NCBI GenBank assembly: GCA_020350285.1
Contig: CP070708.1
Span: 3,301,970 to 3,365,969 of the forward strand
Direction of reading: 5' to 3'
Source of the DNA: Anaerolineaceae bacterium
GTDB taxonomy: Bacteria; Chloroflexota; Anaerolineae; Anaerolineales; E44-bin32
Length of the DNA: 64,000 nucleotides
A program made the position numbers and the translations under genes. The notes below the pieces were generated by a model. The model made no database searches and had not been told where the DNA came from. It saw only the letters and a list, made by a program, of their open reading frames with translations. Each line of letters opens with the position of its first letter. The stretch's first letter is position 1. Of this stretch, positions 18,194-26,841 are shown piece after piece.

Positions 18194-18376
18194 CGTATGT
18201 TTAACTCAGGTAGAGATGATTCGGAGATTAAAGATTCAATCCGCCGTGATTCTAGCATACTAGGAATAAGAAACACTCATAAATATGATTTGTTCGTCTG
18301 TAGGGAATATCTCAAGGAGTTCGGCCCATCATTTAAGACTTTCTCTTACACGAAGAAATAAATAGTTTGAAGTTGA

Positions 18377-19615
18377 TTATTTCACTGGTTCAAGGGTCGC
18401 TTCTTCTTGTTTATCCGGAAGTTTAAATTTCAACCACGTTGGGATCACTGTGAGGATGGAGACCGCAGCAGTGATGGAGAAGGGCAGACGTGGGCTGAAG
18501 CGCTCCCAAAGCTGAGCGCCGATCCATGGCCCAGGCAATGAAATGAGTCCAATACTGCTCTGGAATAATCCGCTGAAGGTACCTAGCATCTTCTGTGGAA
18601 CCACTTTTGTAATCAAGGACATGTATGCCGGGCTCAAGAGACCCACGCCGATCCCAAAGACCATCCATGCGATGATAAACCCAGTGTAGGCGTAAACCTG
18701 CAGGAAGATCATATACCCCAGGAACACCAGGCTGAAACCTATCGAGATGGGCACACGTTCTCCGTACCTGTCCGAAATACGTCCGGAAAGCATCGGGGTG
18801 AACATCATGGCTCCGGAAAAGACAGAACCAAGTAACCCGATTTGTTCAAAAGAAAGCCCTGCGATCTGTTGCAAGTAGAGGGGTTGCAGCTCGCCTGAGA
18901 GACGGAAGGCGATGTCGCGCACACCGTCGGTGATCAGGATCCAGGTGATCACCCCACCCCCGACAAGCATACCGACCATGGTTTTGATGCTTGTTCGTAG
19001 CGAATCCATTGTAAGGCGTTGCGGGGGAGCCTCTTCAGGAGAACGCATGGTGGTGGCCATCCAGATACGCAAGACAGCTGCAACGGCGTAGAGGATCGCG
19101 GAGACAAACAACATCAACTTGAAACCGTATGCACCAGCAAGAAATCCACCCAAAGGAGGTCCAAGCACGCCCGTAATCTGGTAAATGGTATCGGTGATGC
19201 CAAACACCCTCCCTCGGTGTTCCTCGGCTGAGTTCTCTGCGATGAAAGCCCCAAAACTGGGACCGACTAGTGCATAAGGGAAGCGGCCCACCACAAGAGC
19301 TACCAGCATCCACTGCCAGGTGGGGGCGAGCAGCATGGCGATGTACCCGATAACACCTCCGATGCTGCCGATCGCGATGGCACGCAACCGTCCGATCGAA
19401 TCCGATATCCACCCACCGAAGATTTGCAGGATGAACATCATTAAAGACATGAGGGTGAACACGATGCCCACCTGACCGACGCTAGCTCCCAAGTCAGTGA
19501 GGTAAATGGGCAACAAAATGGGGAACATCATACCGGCGATGTTCGCCAGGACCATGGCGAACATGAACCAACGCATCAGAGGGGTAAGCATGGGTTGTTT
19601 GTCTGATGTTGTCAT
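18377..19615 (-). CDS. MFS transporter
   Basis: 412 aa with 12 predicted TM segments and the MFS loop motif GWISDSIGRLR between TM2 and TM3. Confidence 0.85.
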   Translation of the reverse strand: MTTSDKQPMLTPLMRWFMFAMVLANIAGMMFPILLPIYLTDLGASVGQVGIVFTLMSLMMFILQIFGGWISDSIGRLRAIAIGSIGGVIGYIAMLLAPTWQWMLVALVVGRFPYALVGPSFGAFIAENSAEEHRGRVFGITDTIYQITGVLGPPLGGFLAGAYGFKLMLFVSAILYAVAAVLRIWMATTMRSPEEAPPQRLTMDSLRTSIKTMVGMLVGGGVITWILITDGVRDIAFRLSGELQPLYLQQIAGLSFEQIGLLGSVFSGAMMFTPMLSGRISDRYGERVPISIGFSLVFLGYMIFLQVYAYTGFIIAWMVFGIGVGLLSPAYMSLITKVVPQKMLGTFSGLFQSSIGLISLPGPWIGAQLWERFSPRLPFSITAAVSILTVIPTWLKFKLPDKQEEATLEPVK

Positions 19616-19775
19616 GATCTTGCCATTTTAACACCCCTAAGATACTCGAAAAGTTCATCCCAGATTCGTAATGGACCCTATTGTGCCAGGTTTCATGATG
19701 GTTTTCGAGGATTCCCTCAACCTAATAATGCCATCGAATCAGACGAGCAGTTGGCTGTGCGGGGAGAGCTATATG

Positions 19776-19808
19776 AAAAGCGGGTTGGGTTCCTACACCC
19801 AACCCGCT
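19776..19808 (-). terminator. Rho-independent terminator of the fasciclin gene
   Basis: On the minus strand: aagcgggttgggt-gtaggaa-cccaacccgct, followed by tttt. Confidence 0.6.
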
Positions 19809-19859
19809 TGATCTTACGAGAGAACGCGGATCGTTCTCTCAAATCTGCAGTCTATCTCA

Positions 19860-21233
19860 CTACGAAGGTGGTAATAGCACTGCGTCGATGACATGGATCA
19901 CGCCGTTGGCGGCTTCGATGTCGGTAATGATAACTTCCGCATCCCCGATCATCACTTTACCACTATCGATCATAATCCCTGCACTCTCACCAAGCAAAGT
20001 GGCGACCAACTCACCATCCAGTCCAAGCACATCGGCTGCCATGACTTTCCCTTCGATGACATGGTAGAGAAGGATATCGGTTAATGCGGGGATATCCGCC
20101 AATAGCGCTTCGATGGTTCCCTCAGGCAAAGCTGCGAAAGCATCATCCGTAGGAGCAAAAACGGTCAATGGACCATCTCCTTTGAGCGCCTCGACAAGCC
20201 CGGCTGCCTGCACGGCGGTCACCAAAGTTTCAAAGCGACCGTCCTCGATGGCGATGTCCACAATGTCCCGAGACTCAGGCAGGATCACGGCATCAATGAC
20301 ATGGATCACGCCGTTGGACGCTTCAATGTCGGTGATCAGGACCTGAGCATTATCGATCATGACTTTGCCCATATCGAGTGAAATTTCGACATATTGACCT
20401 TGCAATGTTTGAGCCTGGCTTAGCTCGGCCACCTCAGAAGCCATGACCTTTCCTGCAGCGATATGGTAAAGCAAGATATCGGTCAGTGCGGGGATGTCTT
20501 CGAGCAAAGCTTCGACCGTACCTTCAGGCAGCGCGGCAAAGGCATCATCCGTTGGGGCAAAAACTGTCAACGGACCTTCGCCCTTCAGTGCATCCACCAA
20601 ACCTGCTGCACCAACCGCGGCGACCAAAGTCTCAAATCGTCCATCTTCCGCAGCGATATCGACGATGTCACGACTCTCGGGCAGGATCACGGCATCAATG
20701 ACATGGATGACGCCATTGGAAGCCTCGATATCGGTGAGGATGACTTCGGCATTGTCAACCATGACCTTTCCGCCATCAAGCAAGATATCGACAAATTGTC
20801 CTTGTAGTGTTTGAGCCTGACTCAGCTCGATCACATCAGCCGCCATGACCTTGCCTGCTAAGACATGGTAAAGCAAGATGTCGGTCAGAGTCGGGATGTC
20901 CTCGAGCAAAGCTTCTACGGTGCCCTCAGGAAGCGCAGAAAAGGCGTCATCCGTGGGAGCAAAAACGGTTAAGGGACCTTCGCCCTTCAAAGCATCCACC
21001 AACCCAGCGGCCTGTACTGCCGCCACTAAAGTCTGGAAACGACCATCGGCCACCGCGATGTCAACGATGTCCTGCGGTTCTGGTGCGACCATCTCGGTTG
21101 GCTCAGGGACTGCGGTGGGCTCAGGCATTGCCGTTGGCTCGGGGGCTTCCGTCGCGACCGGAGTCGCAGCCGAACAAGCCGCCAAGACCATGGATAATGC
21201 AAGCAACAAACCAACTGTGTAACGGGACTTCAT
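19860..21233 (-). CDS. Lipoprotein with three tandem fasciclin (FAS1) domains
   Basis: Signal peptide with lipobox LAAC, a PEPT-rich linker, then three ~134-aa near-identical units ([43 protein letters not shown]...[12 protein letters not shown]). Confidence 0.88.
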   Translation of the reverse strand: MKSRYTVGLLLALSMVLAACSAATPVATEAPEPTAMPEPTAVPEPTEMVAPEPQDIVDIAVADGRFQTLVAAVQAAGLVDALKGEGPLTVFAPTDDAFSALPEGTVEALLEDIPTLTDILLYHVLAGKVMAADVIELSQAQTLQGQFVDILLDGGKVMVDNAEVILTDIEASNGVIHVIDAVILPESRDIVDIAAEDGRFETLVAAVGAAGLVDALKGEGPLTVFAPTDDAFAALPEGTVEALLEDIPALTDILLYHIAAGKVMASEVAELSQAQTLQGQYVEISLDMGKVMIDNAQVLITDIEASNGVIHVIDAVILPESRDIVDIAIEDGRFETLVTAVQAAGLVEALKGDGPLTVFAPTDDAFAALPEGTIEALLADIPALTDILLYHVIEGKVMAADVLGLDGELVATLLGESAGIMIDSGKVMIGDAEVIITDIEAANGVIHVIDAVLLPPS

Positions 21234-21313
21234 CTTATCCTCCTAATTAGAGTAGAATTGTCCAAATATTAGCACAATGTCTTAGAGATGTCAAGTATTA
21301 ATTTGACAAATAT

Positions 21314-21342
21314 TTGACAGTTTGCGGTTTCTGTGCTAGAAT
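21314..21342 (+). promoter_or_regulatory. Consensus-like promoter TTGACA, 17 nt spacer, TAGAAT, upstream of the B12-photoreceptor regulator gene
   Basis: ttgaca at 21314-21319 and tagaat at 21337-21342. The -35 element lies inside the second of two contiguous 11-nt direct repeats (21299-21320). Confidence 0.6.
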
Positions 21343-21427
21343 GCCCCCTAGTCGCACAAGATGAAGCGACAGATAAGGTTGATCTTGCTCACAACCTCAT
21401 GATGGAGATACTAAAGGAGGATCATTC

Positions 21428-22741
21428 ATGGCTCAAGAGCCCCATGAGATCCCGATGCTGAACATTCGAGCTGTCTCTAGGGAGACCGGTCTCAAACCAG
21501 ACACGATTCGCGCCTGGGAACGTCGGTATGGGCTTCCAATGCCTAGTAGAACACAGGGAGGCCATCGACTTTACTCCCCGCGCGATATCGCCGTTCTCAA
21601 ATGGTTGAGCGATCGACGAGAAGAGGGATTGAGCATTAGCAGGGCCGTAGATATTTGGGAAAGGTTAAGCCGCGATGGGCAAGATCCGTTAGCCACACCG
21701 CAATTTGCTAAGCCACACCAATATACTTTTCCTGCTCAAGATGTCAGCATCAGCTCTTTACGTGATGATTGGGTCCAGGCATGCATGCGTTTTGATCAAC
21801 AAGCCGCAAATCAACTCTTGAACGAAGCATTTGCGCGTTATTCTGTTGAGTATGTGTGTTTAGAACTTTTGATCAAAGGTCTGGCAAACATTGGTCATGA
21901 TTGGTATCAAGGACAGATCACCGTCCAACAAGAGCACTTCGCTTCAGAGCTAACAATCCGACGCATAGAAAGTTTATTAATGGCATCCCCCCAACCCTCA
22001 ATTCCGGGGCAGATATTGGTTATCTGCCCACCCGATGAACAGCACACCATCAGCGCTCTGCTGATCACCTTGTTCCTGCGACGGCTAGGGTGGAATGCAA
22101 TCTTTTTAGGGGCGAATGTGCCTCTGGATCGGTTAGAACAGACCATCCAAAACACAAAGCCAATATTGGTCGTTCTCACTTCACAACAGCTTCTAACCGC
22201 AGCCACAGCACTACAGGTCGCTCAACTCCTGATCGAATACGACATCCCTATCGCATTCGGAGGTCGTGTCTACAATCTTGTTCCAGGAGTGCGAGATCGG
22301 ATCCCCGGTATATTCCTGGGTGAAACCCTAGATCAAGCCCTTTCGATGATCCTTCAATTGCTTGAATATGCACCCCCCACGCCTTCTGTTGAACCGCCCG
22401 AACAAGGATACCTCCTGGCATTAGAAGAATTTCACAACCGACAAGTTCAGGTGGAAGTACAGGTGGTGCAGGGAATGGCAGCTGTCGGGATCCACCCTGA
22501 TCACCTGGAAATCGCGAATACAAACCTCACCCAGAACATCATTGCAGCGTTGACACTCGGTGATATCTCCTTTCTCAGTAGCGATATCGAATGGGTGAAA
22601 GGTCTGCTTGAGCACCAGGGAATTCCAACCAGGGGCGTGAATAGTTATCTTCAAGCTTATGCGGAAGCCGTTATGCACGAATTGGGTGATCGTGGTTCCC
22701 TGATCGCGTCTTTTCTGGTTCAACTTGTTAGGGAAGGATGA
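21428..22741 (+). CDS. MerR-family, cobalamin-binding (CarH/LitR-type) light-responsive transcriptional regulator with a C-terminal extension
   Basis: MerR HTH (LNIRAVSRETGLKPDTIRAWERRYGLP). An exact W-x9-EH motif (WYQGQITVQQEH). B12 lower-ligand region ICPPDEQHTISALLITLFLRRLGWNAIFLGANVP. About 130 extra C-terminal aa. AAGGAGG RBS. Confidence 0.8.
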   Translation: MAQEPHEIPMLNIRAVSRETGLKPDTIRAWERRYGLPMPSRTQGGHRLYSPRDIAVLKWLSDRREEGLSISRAVDIWERLSRDGQDPLATPQFAKPHQYTFPAQDVSISSLRDDWVQACMRFDQQAANQLLNEAFARYSVEYVCLELLIKGLANIGHDWYQGQITVQQEHFASELTIRRIESLLMASPQPSIPGQILVICPPDEQHTISALLITLFLRRLGWNAIFLGANVPLDRLEQTIQNTKPILVVLTSQQLLTAATALQVAQLLIEYDIPIAFGGRVYNLVPGVRDRIPGIFLGETLDQALSMILQLLEYAPPTPSVEPPEQGYLLALEEFHNRQVQVEVQVVQGMAAVGIHPDHLEIANTNLTQNIIAALTLGDISFLSSDIEWVKGLLEHQGIPTRGVNSYLQAYAEAVMHELGDRGSLIASFLVQLVREG

Positions 22742-22830
22742 TAATGGAAGCCCCTATTTAAGGAAGTTATGGGAAGAGGGTTCCACAGAAAGACGAGGGA
22801 TTGAACATGGCAAACAAAGAAGAGAGGCTC

Positions 22831-23757
22831 ATGCGTTTCATCATCACTGGCGGCACTGGTCTCATCGGCCAGGCGCTAACCTCGGATCTCCTGAAGGAGG
22901 GTCATGAGGTAATCGTACTCAGTCGCAATCCTGCCATGGGAAAGGATGTTCTTCCACAAGGCACACGTTTTGTTGGATGGGACGCCAAGACCTCGGAAAG
23001 TTGGGTTGAGTGGGCTGAAGGCGCAGCTGCGATCATTAACCTCGCTGGTGAACGGCTCGCTGGTCCGAACCCCTTCAAGCTCCGCTGGACAGATAGGCGC
23101 AAGGATCTCATCTGCGAAAGTCGCTTACATGCCGGCCAAGCGGTATCCCAAGCCGTTGAAGCGGTGAAGGAGAAGCCCAAGGTCGTCGTTCAGGCTTCGG
23201 GTATCAATTACTACCCCATAGGCGACGATATTGCGACGGAAGAAACACCACCAGGCGAGGGTTTCCTCCCACATATTTGTTTAAATTGTTGGGAGATTTC
23301 CACACAACCAGTTGAAGACCTTGGGGTACGGCGGGTTGTCATGCGAACTGGTCCTGTGCTTCATCCCAAGAGCGGTCCCCTCCCACCCATGGTGCTCCAA
23401 TCAAAGCTTTTCCTCGGCGGGCCTCTAGGAGAGGGTCAACAATGGTTCTCCTGGATACACCCGACCGATGTCGTCGGCGGTATTCGATTTCTCATCGATC
23501 ATCCGCAGGCAACTGGAGCGTTTAATCTCTGTGCGCCCAATCCGCTAACCAATGCTACTTTCAGCCAAGTATTGGGTCGTGTTCTGCGGAGACCTTCGAT
23601 CCTTCCCCTTCCTTCCTTCGTGCTCAAGCTCATATTCGGCGAGATGGCCAGCACGATGTTGACCGGCGTCCGAGCCGTACCTACCCGACTACAAGCGATG
23701 GGCTATACCTTCCGCTTTCCGGAGGCGGGGGAGGCATTGAAGGATTTATTACTGTAA
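22831..23757 (+). CDS. TIGR01777/YfcH-like NAD-dependent epimerase family protein (SDR fold plus DUF1731)
   Basis: MRFIITGGTGLIGQAL Rossmann motif and a C-terminal GYTFRFPEAGEALKDLL end. The start was trimmed to the ATG at 22831, preceded by AGAGAGG. Confidence 0.75.
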   Translation: MRFIITGGTGLIGQALTSDLLKEGHEVIVLSRNPAMGKDVLPQGTRFVGWDAKTSESWVEWAEGAAAIINLAGERLAGPNPFKLRWTDRRKDLICESRLHAGQAVSQAVEAVKEKPKVVVQASGINYYPIGDDIATEETPPGEGFLPHICLNCWEISTQPVEDLGVRRVVMRTGPVLHPKSGPLPPMVLQSKLFLGGPLGEGQQWFSWIHPTDVVGGIRFLIDHPQATGAFNLCAPNPLTNATFSQVLGRVLRRPSILPLPSFVLKLIFGEMASTMLTGVRAVPTRLQAMGYTFRFPEAGEALKDLLL

Positions 23758-23841
23758 TCATAACGATGGACTTACCAGCTTGGTTGTGCGTTGAAGCTAC
23801 AAATGAAGAGGGTAAATTAAAAACCGAAAGGAAAGAAGTAC

Positions 23842-24837
23842 ATGTCCGAGTTTGTGAATGTTAATAGAACGAATGGCGAGATCCGCGTTGAACAACTTGT
23901 CAAGAAATATCCGGGCGATGTCGTCGCGGTTGATGACATTTCCTTCCATGTAGAGAGCGGACAGATCTTCGGCTTTCTTGGCCCGAACGGCGCGGGAAAG
24001 AGCACGACGATCAAAATCTTAACCACATTGGCTCTACCGACGGAGGGCATTGCATTTGTCGGCGGCTACGATGTGGTCTGTGAGGCAGCCGATGTGCGCC
24101 GCATCGCCGGCGTTGCCCTTCAAGACATCGGATTGGATCCGATGATGAAATCCATGGAACTGCTCACCCTTCAAGGTCAACTTTTTGGTAATTCAAGGTC
24201 CGGCGCAAGGAAGCGCGCCGAAGAACTGCTTGAATTGATGAGATTGACCGATGCCAAGGATCGTCGGGTCGGTACATACAGCGGTGGTATGCGACGACGA
24301 CTCGATCTGGCATTAGCCTTGGTCCATGAACCACAGATCCTATTCCTCGATGAACCGACGACAGGTCTCGATCCTGCTGGACGTCGCGATGTCTGGGAAG
24401 AGGTTCGACGATTAAATCGCCAGCTTGGCATGACCATCTTTCTGACAACCCAGTATTTAGAAGAAGCCGATGAATTGGCTGATGTGATCGCCATCATCGA
24501 TAGGGGCAAAGTCCAAACCGAGGGCTCTCCAGCAAGGCTTAAAGCTGCTGTTGGAAACGAGTCGATTAACCTGGCCTTTGAGAGCGGGGAGATCGCCGAA
24601 AGAGCTCGCGTGGACCTAAAAGATTTAGCAGACAGAATCCAATCCGATCGCGACGTGGTCCGACTGTATGTCAGCCAAGCTGCGGAGAGGATTCCATTGG
24701 TTGTCAACCGTTTACAGGAGTTAGAACTCAATCCCATCTCCATAACGCTCACCCAACCAACCTTGGACGATGTTTTCCTGCAGGTCACAGGGCAGCGTTT
24801 AATCGCTCAAGAAGCGATGCCTGTGCAGCCTGAATAG
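23842..24837 (+). CDS. ABC transporter ATP-binding protein (DrrA-like)
   Basis: GPNGAGKSTT, YSGGMRRRLDLA, LFLDEPTTGLD and LTTQYLEEA, plus a ~100-aa C-terminal extension typical of DrrA-type NBDs. Confidence 0.9.
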   Translation: MSEFVNVNRTNGEIRVEQLVKKYPGDVVAVDDISFHVESGQIFGFLGPNGAGKSTTIKILTTLALPTEGIAFVGGYDVVCEAADVRRIAGVALQDIGLDPMMKSMELLTLQGQLFGNSRSGARKRAEELLELMRLTDAKDRRVGTYSGGMRRRLDLALALVHEPQILFLDEPTTGLDPAGRRDVWEEVRRLNRQLGMTIFLTTQYLEEADELADVIAIIDRGKVQTEGSPARLKAAVGNESINLAFESGEIAERARVDLKDLADRIQSDRDVVRLYVSQAAERIPLVVNRLQELELNPISITLTQPTLDDVFLQVTGQRLIAQEAMPVQPE

Positions 24838-24851
24838 ACATCACAACATAA

Positions 24852-25694
24852 ATGATGAGGTTTCACAATATGACTACTCAAACATCTACACAAGAAATGG
24901 CCTGTAGAACCCCGCGGCAAAGGTGGTCACCACTGCAACTCCTCCTGGTGACTTGGCGCAACTTGGTGACGATCGTCCGCACCCCGGAAGCCTTGCTGCC
25001 TCCGATCGCGATCAGTGTTTTCTTCTTGATCATCTACGATTCCACCCTAGGTAAAGCCTCTGGCTTCATCCCCAATATTGGTAGCAACAGTTATCTTGGT
25101 TTCATCCTACCGCTCTCGATTGTCAGTTCGTCATTATCTGGTGCGGGGGTCGCTGCTCAGAACCTCGTTCGGGACATTGAGAGTGGGTACTTCGACAAAC
25201 TCCTACTAACACCGATAAGCCGGGCCACATTGCTGTTCGCTCCAATCCTGGCAGGCGCGTTCATACTCGGAATGCAAGCCTCGATCGTTGTAGGTATCGG
25301 ATTGCTTCTGGGATTGCAGCCCGCCACCGGATTCCCGGGGTTGTTGGTTGTCATCGGTCTGGCGATCTTGTTAGGCACAGGATTTGCCGGCTTCACGGTC
25401 TCGGCGGCACTGGGCAGCGGTAGTGCAGCTGCAACGCAGGGTGCCAGCTTCATTTTCTTCCCTTTAACCTTCTTGGCACCCACCTTCGTTCCAATAGATT
25501 TACTTGATGGATGGCTTAAGTCAGCAGCACAAATCAACCCCATTACCTACGTGTTGGAAGCGATGCGTGGACTCATCAACCAAGGTTGGGATGGAGTTGC
25601 CCTTTGGCAAGGTGTACTTGCCTGTCTGCTCCTAGCTGGCGCGATGTATGCGTTGGCCGTCTTTGCCTTGCGAGTACGCACAAGAAGGACGTGA
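24852..25694 (+). CDS. ABC-2 type transporter permease (DrrB-like)
   Basis: About 6 TM segments, immediately downstream of the NBD gene. The alternative ATG at 24870 has a better-spaced GAGG. Confidence 0.8.
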   Translation: MMRFHNMTTQTSTQEMACRTPRQRWSPLQLLLVTWRNLVTIVRTPEALLPPIAISVFFLIIYDSTLGKASGFIPNIGSNSYLGFILPLSIVSSSLSGAGVAAQNLVRDIESGYFDKLLLTPISRATLLFAPILAGAFILGMQASIVVGIGLLLGLQPATGFPGLLVVIGLAILLGTGFAGFTVSAALGSGSAAATQGASFIFFPLTFLAPTFVPIDLLDGWLKSAAQINPITYVLEAMRGLINQGWDGVALWQGVLACLLLAGAMYALAVFALRVRTRRT

Positions 25695-25851
25695 TTGGAT
25701 TTATCCGTGGATTTGATCCAGGCCTTAGGGTTATCCGTGGAAACGCATCCGATGTAAGGTCAATCAAAGGGGATCCAAGCGTTATCAACAGGGTTAAATA
25801 AGCACGCTAGACATCTCAACAGGATCGTGTGAATGATCGCAGGTATAAACA

Positions 25852-26841
25852 ATGACTAAACATACACCCCGTATTGGTTTTCCGGTCCAAATCTTAAGCC
25901 GCCCGGATCTAAAATCTCACGACACACGTCGCTGGTCAAGCGATCCACATCTGAGAATCAGTCTTCAATATTTGCGAGAAATCTTCGACTACCTCTCAGA
26001 AGCTGACATCAACATGTATCGCTTAGCAGCTGGTTTGGTTCCCTATGCCACCCATCCCGACCTACCACAATTCCATTCTCAAATTGAGGAGTGCACAAGT
26101 GAGCTTGCTGAGACCGGTAGGGTAGCCAGAGAAAGGGACATTCGCCTCTCATTTCATCCAGGCCAATTCATCGTTCTTAATGCCCCAGATGATGATCTGG
26201 CCAGTCGATCAGCAGCTGATATTGAGGTTCAAGCTAATGTCCTTGAATCGATGGGACTGGACGATAATGCCGTGGTCGTGGTTCATATCGGTGGCGTTTA
26301 CAACAATAAAGTTGAAGCCATAAAGCGCTTCGCAGCGCGATATTCCCAACTCAGTCAAACCGCGCAACGAAGATTGGTTGTAGAGAATGACGATCAACGA
26401 TTTGGCGTCGATGATGTTTTAGTGTTGCACGATTTAGTTGGCATCCGAGTTGTCTTCGATGCTCATCATCACCTCTGTTTCAATCCCAGCGGGTTAGATC
26501 CCCAGGATGCAGTGAATTTATGTCTAGAGACATGGCAGGGATGGGAAGCGCACCCGAAAATTCATTTCTCTTCACCTCGTACGGATTGGGGATTCCGTTA
26601 CGGAAGCGAAAATGGGCGCCAATCTCCCAATTGGCGATCTCACGCCGAGTTCATCGATCCTTTCCAATTCATACAGTTTTACCAATCCATCATCGAAGTG
26701 GCGCCAGATGTCATGTTGGAAGCGAAGGCGAAGGACATCGCAGTACGGCAATTAAAGCGAGACCTGCAGAGCTATGCTCCTGACCTGGCAGATTTATTTG
26801 TTATTAATGAGGAAATGGTATTAACGAAGGATAAAGCATGA
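25852..26841 (+). CDS. uvsE: UV damage endonuclease UvdE/UvsE
   Basis: Colinear motif match to B. subtilis UvsE recalled from memory: YR..A.LVPYATHPD, RLSFHPGQF, VVVHIGG, ENDD, FD.HHH, IHFSSP, RSHA.FID, MLEAKAKD. Confidence 0.85.
   Translation: MTKHTPRIGFPVQILSRPDLKSHDTRRWSSDPHLRISLQYLREIFDYLSEADINMYRLAAGLVPYATHPDLPQFHSQIEECTSELAETGRVARERDIRLSFHPGQFIVLNAPDDDLASRSAADIEVQANVLESMGLDDNAVVVVHIGGVYNNKVEAIKRFAARYSQLSQTAQRRLVVENDDQRFGVDDVLVLHDLVGIRVVFDAHHHLCFNPSGLDPQDAVNLCLETWQGWEAHPKIHFSSPRTDWGFRYGSENGRQSPNWRSHAEFIDPFQFIQFYQSIIEVAPDVMLEAKAKDIAVRQLKRDLQSYAPDLADLFVINEEMVLTKDKA

Noticed and set aside
20463-21222. Set of three ~106-114-aa plus-strand ORFs with similar sequences
   Set aside because: They are antisense images of the three near-identical FAS1 repeats. 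Their mutual similarity is a by-product of the repeat and is not evidence of coding.
24177-24788. 203-aa minus-strand ORF inside the DrrA-like ABC ATPase gene
   Set aside because: It is antisense to a gene with all canonical ABC motifs. The product is rich in Ser and Arg with no motif, so it is a shadow ORF.
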